This document shows, piece after piece, positions 51,318 through 63,068 of a stretch of DNA of 64,000 nucleotides; position 1 is the first letter of the stretch; each line of letters begins with the position of its first letter. Both the position numbers and the translations under genes were made by a program. The notes beneath the pieces are model-generated. The model saw nothing but the letters and a program-made list of their open reading frames with translations. It had not been told where the DNA came from and searched no databases. Source of the stretch: Candidatus Sumerlaeaceae bacterium (lineage in GTDB: Bacteria; Sumerlaeota; Sumerlaeia; Sumerlaeales; Sumerlaeaceae); contig JBMFRB010000003.1 in the NCBI GenBank assembly GCA_049968255.1, forward strand, positions 192,998 to 256,997, written 5' to 3'.

Positions 51318-54131
51318 ATGGCAGATCATCGGAAGGAGGATATATTGGGTTCGGGCGCCGGCGCTCACCGCAACGAAGAGATAAGCTCCGAAGCGCCGAC
51401 AGTGGAGCGTGCCACACCGGCGGACCTTGCCGCACCTGTCGAGTGGGCACGGGCTTTGCGCTCATACATCCCCACGCTGAAAATCGCCGAAGGAGGTTTC
51501 AGCGAAATTTGGGAAGCCGTGCAGGTAGAACTTGGCCGTGTGGTAGCCATCAAGCGCCTGAAGAAGCGTACGGACAAAACCGGTAAACCCAGCCCTATCG
51601 CCCCGCGTCATATCACGATGTTTCGCCAAGAAGCAGTCGTTGCGGCGCATCTCGAACATCCAAACATCCTTCCCGTCTACGACCTCGAATACGATGCGGA
51701 CGGCTTGCCATTTCTTGTCATGAAACGCGTGCGTGGCGAGCCCTGGGGCCAAGTGCTCAACCGCGATTTCGACACACTTGCTCCGCGAACATTTCTTGCC
51801 AAGCATCTGCCGATTCTTGTGGCGCTTGCGCGTGCTGTGGCCTATGCCCATTCCGAAGGCATTGTCCATCGCGACTTGAAACCCGCGCAGGTGATGATTG
51901 GGTCCTTCGGCGAAGTACTCCTCATGGACTGGGGACTTGCGATGGCCTATCCACGCCGCGTGGACGATCCCGACGCGCCACCATGGTTGCGCGACCCCAA
52001 CGCCCCCATCAATCGCCCGCTCAATCCCGCGGGTACGCCCACCTACATGGCGCCCGAGCAGACTGAATCCACCGTGCACAAGCTCGGCCCCTGGACCGAT
52101 GTCTATCTGCTCGGCGGCATTCTTTACCGCATTCTCACGGGCAGTCCACCGCACGTGGGCGCAGATGGCAGCAGTACCTTTAGGCTTGCCCAAGCCGGGA
52201 TTGTGGAACCGCCCACACGACTTGCCCCAGGGCGGGAGATGCCACCGGAACTCGTGGAACTTGCGATGAAGGCGCTCGAGCCCAAGCCAGAACACCGCTT
52301 GCAGAGCGCGGAAGAATTTCTCCAAGCGTTGGAAGATTATCTCATAGGTGCCGACAAACAGCGCGAATCGATCCTGCTCGCCATCAGCGCTCGCGATAGG
52401 CTTGCTGATTTGCAGGCGAATTACGACACGCTGGCAAACGCCATCAACTTCCTTGAGCGCGCGCTGGTGCTCTGGCCGGATAACATGGAGGCCGCACAAT
52501 GGCGGACTGAGGCGATCAAACGCTACGCGCGTCTTGCTATAACGAACAAAGACCTTAAACTGGCGCGCGTGCAAGCGGAGCGGCTGCCTGAATCCGATGA
52601 GCGGGCACAACTCCTCGACGAAATCTCGCGACTCGAGGCGATAGAAAGCCAGCGCGACGCCGAACTCGCCGTTGCGCACGAGCGCGTGCGCCAGGAGCGC
52701 AACCGCGCCGAGCACCTTGTCATTTTCCTCGTCGGCGACCTCACGCGTCAGCTCCGGCGCATCGGGCGTGTGGATATTCTCGCAGACCTATGCCAACAAA
52801 CGATCCAGTATCTGGAGAAACTTGCCACCGAGGATGAAGCGCCCGCCGTCTTGGTCGGCCGTGTCCAGGCATTTCTCAACATCGCGGATGTGGAGTTGGC
52901 TCGTGGCGATTCCGAGCGTGCCGCCCAGGCATGCCATCGTGCGCTAGAACTGCTGGCAAAAATTCCGTCGGAGCAGATTGACCTTTTGCAGCGGGAACTG
53001 TTTCGCGCCGAGTCGTGGAGACGGCTCGGTCATATTGCCTATCTTCAAGGCAAATACGACCAAGCCAAAACGGCTTACGAATGTGGGTGCGAGGCTCTGA
53101 AAAGCGCATCCGGGGTAGCTATTCCTGTTGCGGAGAAAGAAGCTTCCATGGCCATGCTCCTCCACGGTCTGGGAATTGTGTTATGGCGGCAACGGCGCTT
53201 TGAGGAGGCACTTGCTTATCACATTGAGGCAGAAACGCTCATAACGCGCTTGTGCCGCACCTTTCCCTCGAGCGAGCCATACGTGGAGACGCATGCGTCA
53301 GTTTTGGCGACTCTCGGCAACTGTTATCGGGACCTCGGCGAGCTCGAATTCGCGATATCGGTCACACAGGAAGCTCTTCGCCTGTGGGAACGACTCTATC
53401 GCTTGGATATGGGCAACCTGTCGCGTCTCAGCAACGTGCTGTGGGTGCGAAACAATCTGGCGTTACTCCTTCTTCTCAAGGGGGATCAGAGCGGGGCCAA
53501 ATCGTTGTTCCTGGCCAACCGGGATGCGGCGTCACGCCTGATCGAGCACGATCCCGAGAATCTTCAGTACGTGCGCGATCTGGGCTTCGCCCTGAGCATC
53601 GCAGGAGAGATCAGCTACATGCAGGGGGCGCTGGAGGAAGCCCGCGCCCTGCTTCAGGAAGCCTTGGTTGTCGCCAAAGAGATCCTCAGCCGAGAACCAG
53701 AATCCATTTATGCGGGCAATGGAGTTGCCCGTGCGCATGGGCAACTCGGAGAAGTCTTGCTTGCGATTGGCGATCAGCCTGCAGCCACAGATCATCTGCG
53801 CGCGGCACGCGATAAGTCCGGCGCTATGCTTGAGCGCGCACCTGAAAACATCAACGCAGTGAAAACGTGGGTGCGCGCGACACTTTTGCTCACGCTCCTA
53901 GGCAAAGCTCCCACCACCCCGATGGAAAAATTGTACGCCGAGGTCCGCCAGTCCCTCTCCCAAATTACAGCGCCATGCGATGAACTCGATCGCTGGGATA
54001 ATGAAGCCGCCTTCGCTCTGGCCTGTGGCGATCTGGATAAAGCCCGGGAGTTCATGGACAAGCTTGCCAAGCGAAACTGGTTGGCTCCCGCACTTGTCCG
54101 ACTGGCCTGTGCTCAGGGCGGTCCTGCTTGA
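51318..54131 (+). CDS. Hanks-type Ser/Thr protein kinase with C-terminal TPR region
   Basis: AEGGFSEIW, VAIK, HRDLKPAQ, DWG, GTPTYMAPEQ, DVYLLG, followed by helical TPR repeats; no clear TM segment. Confidence 0.92.
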   Translation: MADHRKEDILGSGAGAHRNEEISSEAPTVERATPADLAAPVEWARALRSYIPTLKIAEGGFSEIWEAVQVELGRVVAIKRLKKRTDKTGKPSPIAPRHITMFRQEAVVAAHLEHPNILPVYDLEYDADGLPFLVMKRVRGEPWGQVLNRDFDTLAPRTFLAKHLPILVALARAVAYAHSEGIVHRDLKPAQVMIGSFGEVLLMDWGLAMAYPRRVDDPDAPPWLRDPNAPINRPLNPAGTPTYMAPEQTESTVHKLGPWTDVYLLGGILYRILTGSPPHVGADGSSTFRLAQAGIVEPPTRLAPGREMPPELVELAMKALEPKPEHRLQSAEEFLQALEDYLIGADKQRESILLAISARDRLADLQANYDTLANAINFLERALVLWPDNMEAAQWRTEAIKRYARLAITNKDLKLARVQAERLPESDERAQLLDEISRLEAIESQRDAELAVAHERVRQERNRAEHLVIFLVGDLTRQLRRIGRVDILADLCQQTIQYLEKLATEDEAPAVLVGRVQAFLNIADVELARGDSERAAQACHRALELLAKIPSEQIDLLQRELFRAESWRRLGHIAYLQGKYDQAKTAYECGCEALKSASGVAIPVAEKEASMAMLLHGLGIVLWRQRRFEEALAYHIEAETLITRLCRTFPSSEPYVETHASVLATLGNCYRDLGELEFAISVTQEALRLWERLYRLDMGNLSRLSNVLWVRNNLALLLLLKGDQSGAKSLFLANRDAASRLIEHDPENLQYVRDLGFALSIAGEISYMQGALEEARALLQEALVVAKEILSREPESIYAGNGVARAHGQLGEVLLAIGDQPAATDHLRAARDKSGAMLERAPENINAVKTWVRATLLLTLLGKAPTTPMEKLYAEVRQSLSQITAPCDELDRWDNEAAFALACGDLDKAREFMDKLAKRNWLAPALVRLACAQGGPA

Positions 54132-54209
54132 TTCTTTCGCGTATTCTGCAGTAAAAAACAAGGATCTCGCGATTTGCTCAATAGTTTGCTCGTTCCGACG
54201 GGGTGCACG

Positions 54210-55577
54210 ATGGGAACGTTGCGGTTGCTGTCGGTCACGGAAAAATTCAAAGCACTCATCACTTGGGCCGAGCGCTCGCCCGTGCGTGCGCTGGCGGCTT
54301 TGTGGCTTGTCCTTGCGATTGTGGTGAGCACCGGGGATGCACTCACCGGCAGTACGCGGCGCGACTTCACATCCTATTCATTGGCGGCCGCGCGCACGAT
54401 GTACCAGGGGGGCAATCCCTATTCACGCGAGGATGCGAAAACAAGTTATAAGTACTTGCCACTCAACGCGACGTTGCTCTGGCCATTCACGAGAATGCCC
54501 GTGGCGTTGGCCCAAGGCATGTGGACGGCAACGAATGTCGTGCTCCTTGCGGTTTGCCTTTGGGCGCATAGGCGCCTGTGGGCACATGAACTCTGTGTTC
54601 CGTGGTGGGTCTGGGCGGTAGCTTTGGCCGTCGGACTTCGCTTCTTCGTGAAAAACATTCGCTTGGGTCAGTGGAATACTTCGGTTTATTGTCTGTCGTT
54701 TTTGGGGCTCACAGTCCTCTATCGGGGCCGAGCATGGCTCGGCGGTGCGCTGCTGGCACTAGCAGCAGCCCTCAAATATATGCCAAGTTTTTTCGTCGTG
54801 CTTCTGGGACTAGAACGCCGGTGGCGTGCGATGGCCATCGTTGTCCTTGCCTATGTGGGGTGGGTCTTTGTGCTCCCGACAATTGTTCATGGCCCGTCGC
54901 GCCACCTGGAGTTGCTTGCCCTTTATCGCCAGAAAGCGGCCAAGAGTTACAACCATATGCTCGACGGCGACTACACGTCAAGCTTGTCGTTGCGCTCGAC
55001 CGTCATGCGTTTGACATCGCCGATCAAATCGCGTCTCCCCAATCCCGACGCCTATGATTTCACGATTGTTCTTTTGCCAAAAGCAACAGCGCGGCTCCTT
55101 AGCGAAGCCGTGGCCCTGGTGGTGTTTCTCGCCACAGTTGGGGCATCATGGTATATTCTCCGGCGTCAAGCTTCGCTGCGTGCCGAATCACGTCCCGAGT
55201 CCGCGTCTTTTGATAATCCGCTTGGCGCGATGCAGCAACTTCTCCTGATCGGCCTTTGGTATACCATGCTGCTTATGATCAGTCCCGAGACGCGCACGCC
55301 TCATTTCCTCACTCTTTTCACGCCTGCCTTCGCCCTCAGCTTGGTATTAGCAAATTGGCGCTGGCATGCTGCTCGGCGGGCATTGGTTGCCCTGCTGCTC
55401 GGCGCGGCGACCGTTTTCTTGCTTGCCACAGCGGAAATTTCCGAGAAAGCGCGGTATCATCTTATCGCCAGTGGACTCGGTGCTTACGCCTGGGCGCAAG
55501 TGGCCATGTGGCTTGCCTGTCTCTTCGCCCTCAGCGTCGTGTCGCAAGTCCCCCGTGACAGCGACGGGAAAGAGTAG
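54210..55577 (+). CDS. GT87/DUF2029-family membrane glycosyltransferase
   Basis: RDFTSY..AA....G.NPY, YKYLP, GQ.N, LKYMP; multiple TM segments. Confidence 0.82.
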   Translation: MGTLRLLSVTEKFKALITWAERSPVRALAALWLVLAIVVSTGDALTGSTRRDFTSYSLAAARTMYQGGNPYSREDAKTSYKYLPLNATLLWPFTRMPVALAQGMWTATNVVLLAVCLWAHRRLWAHELCVPWWVWAVALAVGLRFFVKNIRLGQWNTSVYCLSFLGLTVLYRGRAWLGGALLALAAALKYMPSFFVVLLGLERRWRAMAIVVLAYVGWVFVLPTIVHGPSRHLELLALYRQKAAKSYNHMLDGDYTSSLSLRSTVMRLTSPIKSRLPNPDAYDFTIVLLPKATARLLSEAVALVVFLATVGASWYILRRQASLRAESRPESASFDNPLGAMQQLLLIGLWYTMLLMISPETRTPHFLTLFTPAFALSLVLANWRWHAARRALVALLLGAATVFLLATAEISEKARYHLIASGLGAYAWAQVAMWLACLFALSVVSQVPRDSDGKE

Positions 55578-55719
55578 AAAAAGTTCTTGGCAACTTCAGA
55601 TTTTTCTTCGTTGCCAGAAATGCTCTGGTAACCATGTCCACTCAGGTCGTCGCGGCGTGTCCTGTTATTTTGGCAGGGCATGTCGGCGACGTCACACATT
55701 CTGAGAGAGGAGGCGATCT

Positions 55720-57102
55720 ATGCTCGGATTGCTTCTCAAGCCGGAAATTGAACAACTTATTCAGGAAGGCAACTTCGCGGTTCTTCGCGACGCTCTCTCG
55801 GAGCTTCCGCCTGCTGATGTGGCAGACGCACTCGTCGATTTGCCACCAGAACAAAGCGCGATTGTCTTTCGCATTTTGCCGCGCGCTCTAGCGGCCGAAG
55901 TCTTCGACTTCCTTCCCACTGATGCTCAAGAAGCCATTCTCAAGGCGATGGCGGATCGCGACGTCAGCGAGCTGCTCGATGCCATGGCTCCCGACGACCG
56001 CACGCGCCTGCTCGAGGAACTCCCGGCTTCCGTCACGCGCCGCCTCATGGATCTTCTCAGCCCCGAGGAATTAGCAGTCGCCAAGACGTTGCTCGGCTAT
56101 CCGCCCCACAGTGTCGGGCGCCGCATGACGCCAGATTACCTTGCGGTGCCGGACAATTGGAATGTTGGCCAAGTGATCCGTTTCATTCGCCAGCATGGCA
56201 AAAACAAAGAAACACTCAACGTCATCTATGTTACCGACGAGCGAGGTGTTCTGCGTGGCGATGTGACGATTTCTGACCTCCTGCTTGCAGCCGACGAGAC
56301 GCCAGTTATAGAAATTGTCGACGAAAGCGTTCCGCGTTTGCTGGCCACCGACGACCAGGAAAAAGCGGTCGAAATGTTTGGCCGTTACCGGCGCGACGCG
56401 CTACCCGTTGTCAGTTCCGACGGCGTCTTGCTGGGCATCATCACGGTGGACGACGTGCTTGATGTGGCCCAGGAAGAGGCAACGGAGGATATTCACAAAA
56501 TCGGTGGTACGCTGGCGATCGATGAGCCTTACTTGCGCGTGGATATTCGGACGATGGTGCTCAAGCGTGCGCCGTGGCTTGTCATCCTTTTCCTCAGCGA
56601 AATGCTCACTTCCACCGCCCTTTCCTTCTATGAACATCAAATTGCCAGTGTGGCCGCTCTTGCCTTCTTCATCCCGTTGATTATTTCCAGCGGTGGCAAC
56701 TCGGGCAGTCAGGCCGCCACGCTGATCAATCGCGCTCTGGCCCTCGGCGAAGTCACAGTGCGCGACGTGTGGGCCGTATTTCGGCGCGAGGTCACAGCTG
56801 GCGCGTTCCTTGGTATTCCGCTCGCTGTCATTGTCTTTTTGCGCATTGTTGTTTGGCATTGGCTCGCGCCTGAAAAACTCGGCCCCATCTGGTTCTCGCT
56901 TGCCATCATTGTTGGCCTCTCGGTGATCGCTGTGGTGTTATGGGGCAATCTGATAGGATCACTCCTGCCGCTGCTTTTTAAAGCTATCGGTGTAGATCCA
57001 GCAGTAACGTCTGCGCCCTTCGTGGCCACACTCGTGGATGTTACCGGCATCATCATCTATTTTACCGTTGCAACTTGGGTCTTGGGAGGTATGCTACACT
57101 AG
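55720..57102 (+). CDS. mgtE: Magnesium transporter MgtE
   Basis: MgtE-N domain, CBS pair (LLGIITVDD), SSGGNSGSQ, DPAVTSAPFVATLVDVTG; AGGAGG RBS. Confidence 0.96.
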   Translation: MLGLLLKPEIEQLIQEGNFAVLRDALSELPPADVADALVDLPPEQSAIVFRILPRALAAEVFDFLPTDAQEAILKAMADRDVSELLDAMAPDDRTRLLEELPASVTRRLMDLLSPEELAVAKTLLGYPPHSVGRRMTPDYLAVPDNWNVGQVIRFIRQHGKNKETLNVIYVTDERGVLRGDVTISDLLLAADETPVIEIVDESVPRLLATDDQEKAVEMFGRYRRDALPVVSSDGVLLGIITVDDVLDVAQEEATEDIHKIGGTLAIDEPYLRVDIRTMVLKRAPWLVILFLSEMLTSTALSFYEHQIASVAALAFFIPLIISSGGNSGSQAATLINRALALGEVTVRDVWAVFRREVTAGAFLGIPLAVIVFLRIVVWHWLAPEKLGPIWFSLAIIVGLSVIAVVLWGNLIGSLLPLLFKAIGVDPAVTSAPFVATLVDVTGIIIYFTVATWVLGGMLH

Positions 57103-57157
57103 CAGCAGTTGGAGTCGCCGTCGCCCAAGAAATGGCGGCCAAGAGGGGGAGCCAACA

Positions 57158-58018
57158 ATGAACGACACCGGCGAGGAACTCTTGAGCAAGGCCGCCAGAG
57201 CGTTGGCGGAGGCTGATGCCCTCTTTATCGCAGCGGGCGCGGGCATGGGCGTGGACAGCGGCTTGCCCGATTTTCGAGGTGCCACCGGTTTTTGGCGGGC
57301 CTATCCCCCGCTTGCACGGCTGGGCTTAGGCTTTGAAGACATTGCCAATCCCCTGTGGTTCCGCACCGACCCCCATCTGGCGTGGGGATTCTACGGCCAC
57401 CGCCTTATGCTTTATCGGCAACGGACGCCACATGCCGGCTACCAAATTCTCCTCAGATGGGCAAAAGCAAAACCAGTCGGATACTTTGTATTCACCTCGA
57501 ATGTGGATCGCCACTTTGCGCGAGCTGGTTTTTCCGAAGAGCGGATTGTCGAGTGCCACGGCAGCATCGAGCATTTGCAGTGCGTGGAACCGTGCACCCA
57601 CGATTTGTGGGAAGCGCTAGCCGAGGGCATTGTGGTGGACGAACACACTATGCGTGCTGCGGATCCTCTTCCGCACTGCCCCCGATGTGGAGAGCTCGCG
57701 CGTCCTAACATCCTCATGTTCTGCGATTGCCACTGGGTCGAGGACCGGACGGCGGCGCAACGGCACCGACTCGACCAATGGTTCAACACGGTTTTCCACG
57801 GTGGAGCTAAGGTCGCAATCATCGAACTCGGAGCAGGCCCCACCGTTCCCACCGTGCGTTGGACGTGCGAATCCCTCATGCGTGCGGTGGGTGCCCCCTT
57901 GATCCGCATTAATCTTCACGACGCTGAGGGCCCACCGGGTTGCATCTCGCTGGCAGGTGGGGCGCTCGCCATCCTCGAGCAGCTGGATTCGAAGCTTGCT
58001 GCTGAAGGATCCCGCTGA
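57158..58018 (+). CDS. Sir2-family NAD-dependent deacylase
   Basis: AGAGMGVDSGLPDFRG, TSNVD, ECHGS, C...C...CPRC, RPNILMF, ELGAG, RIN. Confidence 0.92.
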   Translation: MNDTGEELLSKAARALAEADALFIAAGAGMGVDSGLPDFRGATGFWRAYPPLARLGLGFEDIANPLWFRTDPHLAWGFYGHRLMLYRQRTPHAGYQILLRWAKAKPVGYFVFTSNVDRHFARAGFSEERIVECHGSIEHLQCVEPCTHDLWEALAEGIVVDEHTMRAADPLPHCPRCGELARPNILMFCDCHWVEDRTAAQRHRLDQWFNTVFHGGAKVAIIELGAGPTVPTVRWTCESLMRAVGAPLIRINLHDAEGPPGCISLAGGALAILEQLDSKLAAEGSR

Positions 58019-58204
58019 GCCCAACTTCGTGTGGCGGCCGCCACTTTTTTGACCGATTTTGGCGATCCCTGGGCATAGAAAACAGCTTTTCATCATTTCT
58101 TGGCTTGACCCTCGACAGCGAATTGCCTTGATTGCGACATGAATCATGGGTTACCCTAGAGCGGTTTTAGTGAGTTGACGATTCGGTAAACAGGAGCAAC
58201 AGCA

Positions 58205-59344
<1,140 letters not shown>

Positions 59345-59529
59345 AAGCGCGCTTCGGGTCTTTATCTTCTCACTAGCTTTTGAGAAAGAAAACATGCATG
59401 CCACAGCGAACGACGCGTTTCTCGAATGGGGTTGACCATTCGTGGCCGCCGTGCGTAGCTCAATCTTTTTTCACATCATCGAGGCTCACTCAAACGCGAC
59501 AGCCGGTTTTCCGGGAGCGCCTACTCCGC

Positions 59530-61317
59530 TCATTGTTCCTCGCGGCACAACCCTTGAAGATATTTTGCTATCTCCGCCGCCGGAGCTGCCCTACCGAATA
59601 GAAAACCTTGAGCAAACTGGCACCCCGTAGCTTCCAGGAATTGCGCCTGTTCCTCGGTTTCCACGCCCTCGGCCACAACCTTGAGTTGGAGATGGTCGCT
59701 TAGCCCAACGATCGTCCGTGCGATCCCTTCTGCCTCGGCGGTTCCCGGCACGGAACGGACGAAGGAGATATCCATTTTCAATAGGCGGATCGGCAAGTGC
59801 GCGAGGTAACCTAGAGCCGAGTAACCAGTTCCAAAATCGTCAAGGCATGGCGCCACGCCCAGATTGGCTAAGTCGGTGAGAACCTTTTTGGCCTGCTCCA
59901 AATCAGCGAACATGAGCGTCTCAGTCACCTCGATTTTCAACTGCCACGGATCAAGCTTGGTATCTTTGAGAATTTGCTCAATTTCTTTCACGAACCCAGG
60001 CTGAAGAACGTGGCGCGGAGAGAAGTTGACGCTCACCCAAAGCGGCGTTTTGCGAAGCGTTGGCATCTCTTCGAGCCACTGGCGGAGTTGCTGGCAAGCA
60101 CGCTGGCAGACGTAATAGTCCAGCGCACAAATGAGCCCCGAGTCTTCGGCCACCGGGATAAATTCCGAGGGGGAGATAGGCCCTTTTTCAGGATGCATCC
60201 ACCGCACCAGAGCCTCTAAGCCGACCACCTGCGTATCGGTCAACCGCACGATCGGCTGGTAATAGACTTCGAGTTGTCGCTCTTCTAGGGCGCTTCGCAA
60301 ATCACGTTCGAGCTCGAGTGTGCGGAGCGCCGCCTCATGAAGTTTCTGGTCATAAATCACGCAGCTCCCGGGCCCCTCGCGTTTTGCTTTGCCCACCGCG
60401 AGTTCAGCCTCTGCCAAGACCTGACTCGGCTCTGGAAAAGGTGGGCGCAGAAGTACAATTCCAATGCTCGAGGAAAGCCTGAGTGACTGCCCCATAATGA
60501 AAAAGGGGTGATCGAACGTGTCGGACAGCCGCTCGGCAATCCGCAATGCTTCCGCTTCGTCGTCGAAGCCTTCCACCAACACGGCGAATTCGTCGCTGCC
60601 GAGGCGCGCGACGGTGTCCGATGGTCGCACCACCGCTCGGAAACGCGCCGCGATTTCTCGCAGGACCGTGTCGCCGCCAGCGACTCCAACGATGTCATTG
60701 ACACGTTTGAACTGGTCAACGTCAGCAAACAGAAGCGCGGCCCCGATTTCTGGCGCTCGTTCCAACCTCCGCACGCACTGAGCAAGGCGATCGAGAAAGA
60801 GCATGCGATTGGCAATATTGGTCACCGGATCGGTCAACAACTGCTGTTTGTACCTTTCTTCAAGCAGCTTGTGTTCAGTAATTTCGCGGATGACCACGAC
60901 GACGCCGCAAAAGCGCCCACCCAAAGTTCTAGGACTCACGCGCGCGCTGTACCACCGGCGGCCGTCGGGCATGTCGAGGGGGTAGGAGTACTCGGAAAGT
61001 TCGCCACGCTTGGCTCGCTCGAAGGCCGGATCAAAAAGCGCACAAAGCTCCGGCGGCATAACCTCATTGTGCATTCTGCCAATAAAAACGGAGGGACTTA
61101 GGTACAGACCAGGTCCCGACGTGTGATACGTCAAAAACCTTCCTTGCTCATCGAGGACAAACACGAGACCCGGCAAGGCGTTCAACAGCGCTTCGAAGTT
61201 CGCTTGACAATCCGCTAGCTGTTCCTGCAACTCCTTGGCACTCTGGGGGGTGTTGGCTGTCTCTTTTGCAATCTTTGGCTCTTTATCGCCGTCGAAACCG
61301 TTCTGTGAGTTATTCAC
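59530..61317 (-). CDS. PAS-GGDEF-EAL c-di-GMP signalling protein
   Basis: PAS domain; DVDQFKRVND, RLGSDEF; YQP, EALVRW, VN, IEVTE, DDFGTGYS, EGVE, QG. GTG 61317 follows a G-rich RBS. Confidence 0.92.
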   Translation of the reverse strand: MNNSQNGFDGDKEPKIAKETANTPQSAKELQEQLADCQANFEALLNALPGLVFVLDEQGRFLTYHTSGPGLYLSPSVFIGRMHNEVMPPELCALFDPAFERAKRGELSEYSYPLDMPDGRRWYSARVSPRTLGGRFCGVVVVIREITEHKLLEERYKQQLLTDPVTNIANRMLFLDRLAQCVRRLERAPEIGAALLFADVDQFKRVNDIVGVAGGDTVLREIAARFRAVVRPSDTVARLGSDEFAVLVEGFDDEAEALRIAERLSDTFDHPFFIMGQSLRLSSSIGIVLLRPPFPEPSQVLAEAELAVGKAKREGPGSCVIYDQKLHEAALRTLELERDLRSALEERQLEVYYQPIVRLTDTQVVGLEALVRWMHPEKGPISPSEFIPVAEDSGLICALDYYVCQRACQQLRQWLEEMPTLRKTPLWVSVNFSPRHVLQPGFVKEIEQILKDTKLDPWQLKIEVTETLMFADLEQAKKVLTDLANLGVAPCLDDFGTGYSALGYLAHLPIRLLKMDISFVRSVPGTAEAEGIARTIVGLSDHLQLKVVAEGVETEEQAQFLEATGCQFAQGFLFGRAAPAAEIAKYLQGLCREEQ

Positions 61318-61736
61318 GGAATAGCCCCCTTTCCTCACTCCTGGTTGCAGTAAAAAACGAACTTTTTTCGTTGAGCTAATGGCGAGGCAAAGGAGATCCC
61401 CCTTGTCGCCGAGATCCACCTTGTCGGGCCATCAGCTCACTGCATTTGCGCTACGTCATAGGCAATGAAATTCTTTATAGTTCAATGGGAAAATGCGAGT
61501 TTGAGCATGTGTTTTTTTGTTTTTTCGCCAAAAAAACTAGCGGATCTCCTTGGGTGGTCATTTTTATTGCTTCGAGACAAAATGTCTTTCCTAAAGAGCC
61601 GCAAGGGACCAAGTAATTACTTTCACGAATAAAAACGTTCCAAGCTCTTACGCTGATAAAGGACTGGGCTTGACGCGCTTTGTTTGTGCTCCGCTGCTTG
61701 ACTCAGTTCAATTTCAGGAAAGGAAGGTTTCTCGCT

Positions 61737-62768
61737 ATGCCTCTCGTTCCAATGCGGATTCTTCTCGATCACGCGGCTGAACATGGTTATGGCCTGGCCG
61801 CACTCAACGTCAACAACATGGAGCAGATCCAGGCCATTATGGCCGCGGCCGAAGAAACAAATTCTCCGGTCATCATCCAGGCGTCGCGAGGTGCACGTGC
61901 TTACAGTCAGGATGCTTACTTGCGTCACCTCATCTTGGCGGCGGCTGAACTGCATCCGCGAATTCCCATCGCGATGCACCTCGATCACGGCAACGAGCCA
62001 GCCACGTGCTACAGCGCGATTGCCCAGGGCTTTACGTCGGTCATGATGGACGGCTCGCTCATGCCGGACGGAAAAACGGTGGCCTCTTACCAGTACAACG
62101 TCAAAGTCACTCGCGAGGTGGTGCTCGTGGCCCACGCACTCGGCGTGACCGTTGAGGGGGAGGTCGGTGCGCTCGGCGGTATCGAAGACGGCCATGGGGC
62201 TGGTCTCGACGAAGAGAAGGCCAAGGAGCATCTCACAGATCCGACGCAGGCTGAACAATTTGTGGCTGAAACCGGTGTTGACGCGCTCGCCGTCGCTATT
62301 GGCACCAGCCACGGCGCCTACAAATTCAAGAAGCCCCCGACAGGCGATGTTCTGCGCATTGACCTGGTGAAAGAGATTCATCGCCGTCTCCCAAATACCC
62401 ACCTCGTTATGCACGGCTCTTCCAGTGTGCCGCAGGAGCTCGTCGAGATCATCAACAAGTATGGAGGCGCCCTCAAACCATCGTTTGGCGTTCCCATCGA
62501 GCAGATTCAGGAAGCCATCAAGCACGGTGTGCGCAAAGTCAATGTGGACACCGATAACCGTCTGGCCATCACGGGAGCTATCCGTAAGGTCTTTGCGGAG
62601 ACCCCGGAAAAATTCGACCCGCGCGATTACCTGAAGCCTGCACGCGAGGCAATGAAGGAAGTCTGCAAGGCGCGCATGATCGCCTTCGGTCAGGCCGGCT
62701 GGGCTGACAAAGTGAAGGCCATTTCGTGCCGTGAAATGATCTCCTTCTACGTGAGCAAGCAGAGCTAA
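61737..62768 (+). CDS. fba: Fructose-bisphosphate aldolase class II
   Basis: MHLDHG, FTSVMMDGS, EGEVG, AIGTSHGAYK, HLVMHGSS, KVNVDTD, FDPR. Confidence 0.96.
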   Translation: MPLVPMRILLDHAAEHGYGLAALNVNNMEQIQAIMAAAEETNSPVIIQASRGARAYSQDAYLRHLILAAAELHPRIPIAMHLDHGNEPATCYSAIAQGFTSVMMDGSLMPDGKTVASYQYNVKVTREVVLVAHALGVTVEGEVGALGGIEDGHGAGLDEEKAKEHLTDPTQAEQFVAETGVDALAVAIGTSHGAYKFKKPPTGDVLRIDLVKEIHRRLPNTHLVMHGSSSVPQELVEIINKYGGALKPSFGVPIEQIQEAIKHGVRKVNVDTDNRLAITGAIRKVFAETPEKFDPRDYLKPAREAMKEVCKARMIAFGQAGWADKVKAISCREMISFYVSKQS

Positions 62769-63068
62769 TCCACATCGGACATGCGTGCTTTGCCGCTCAG
62801 CGCGGCAGGTCGGATGTTTCGGGGCTGACGTGCTTGGCTTCGCGGTGCCTCCGGCTAAGCGTGCCATCGCCGCGGGCGCTAGACGAAAGCGCGTTGACGC
62901 CATCGGCATTTCTCAAAATGCGTGGTCGAACGTTGCTCGTCGCATATCCTGGGCGCCGACAGTGGTGAGGGTCCAAGGATGGAGGGGTTGCGGTGACGCG
63001 CAGGCGCGAGCGCCGGCACGAGAATATTGGCGCACGTCGCGCTTGCTCACACGCCTAAGAAGCGCTTC

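Noticed and set aside
51462-52715. 417-aa minus-strand ORF
   Set aside because: Antisense shadow of the Ser/Thr kinase.
61623-62909. 428-aa minus-strand ORF
   Set aside because: Antisense shadow of fba, expected from codon bias in GC-rich DNA; no motifs.
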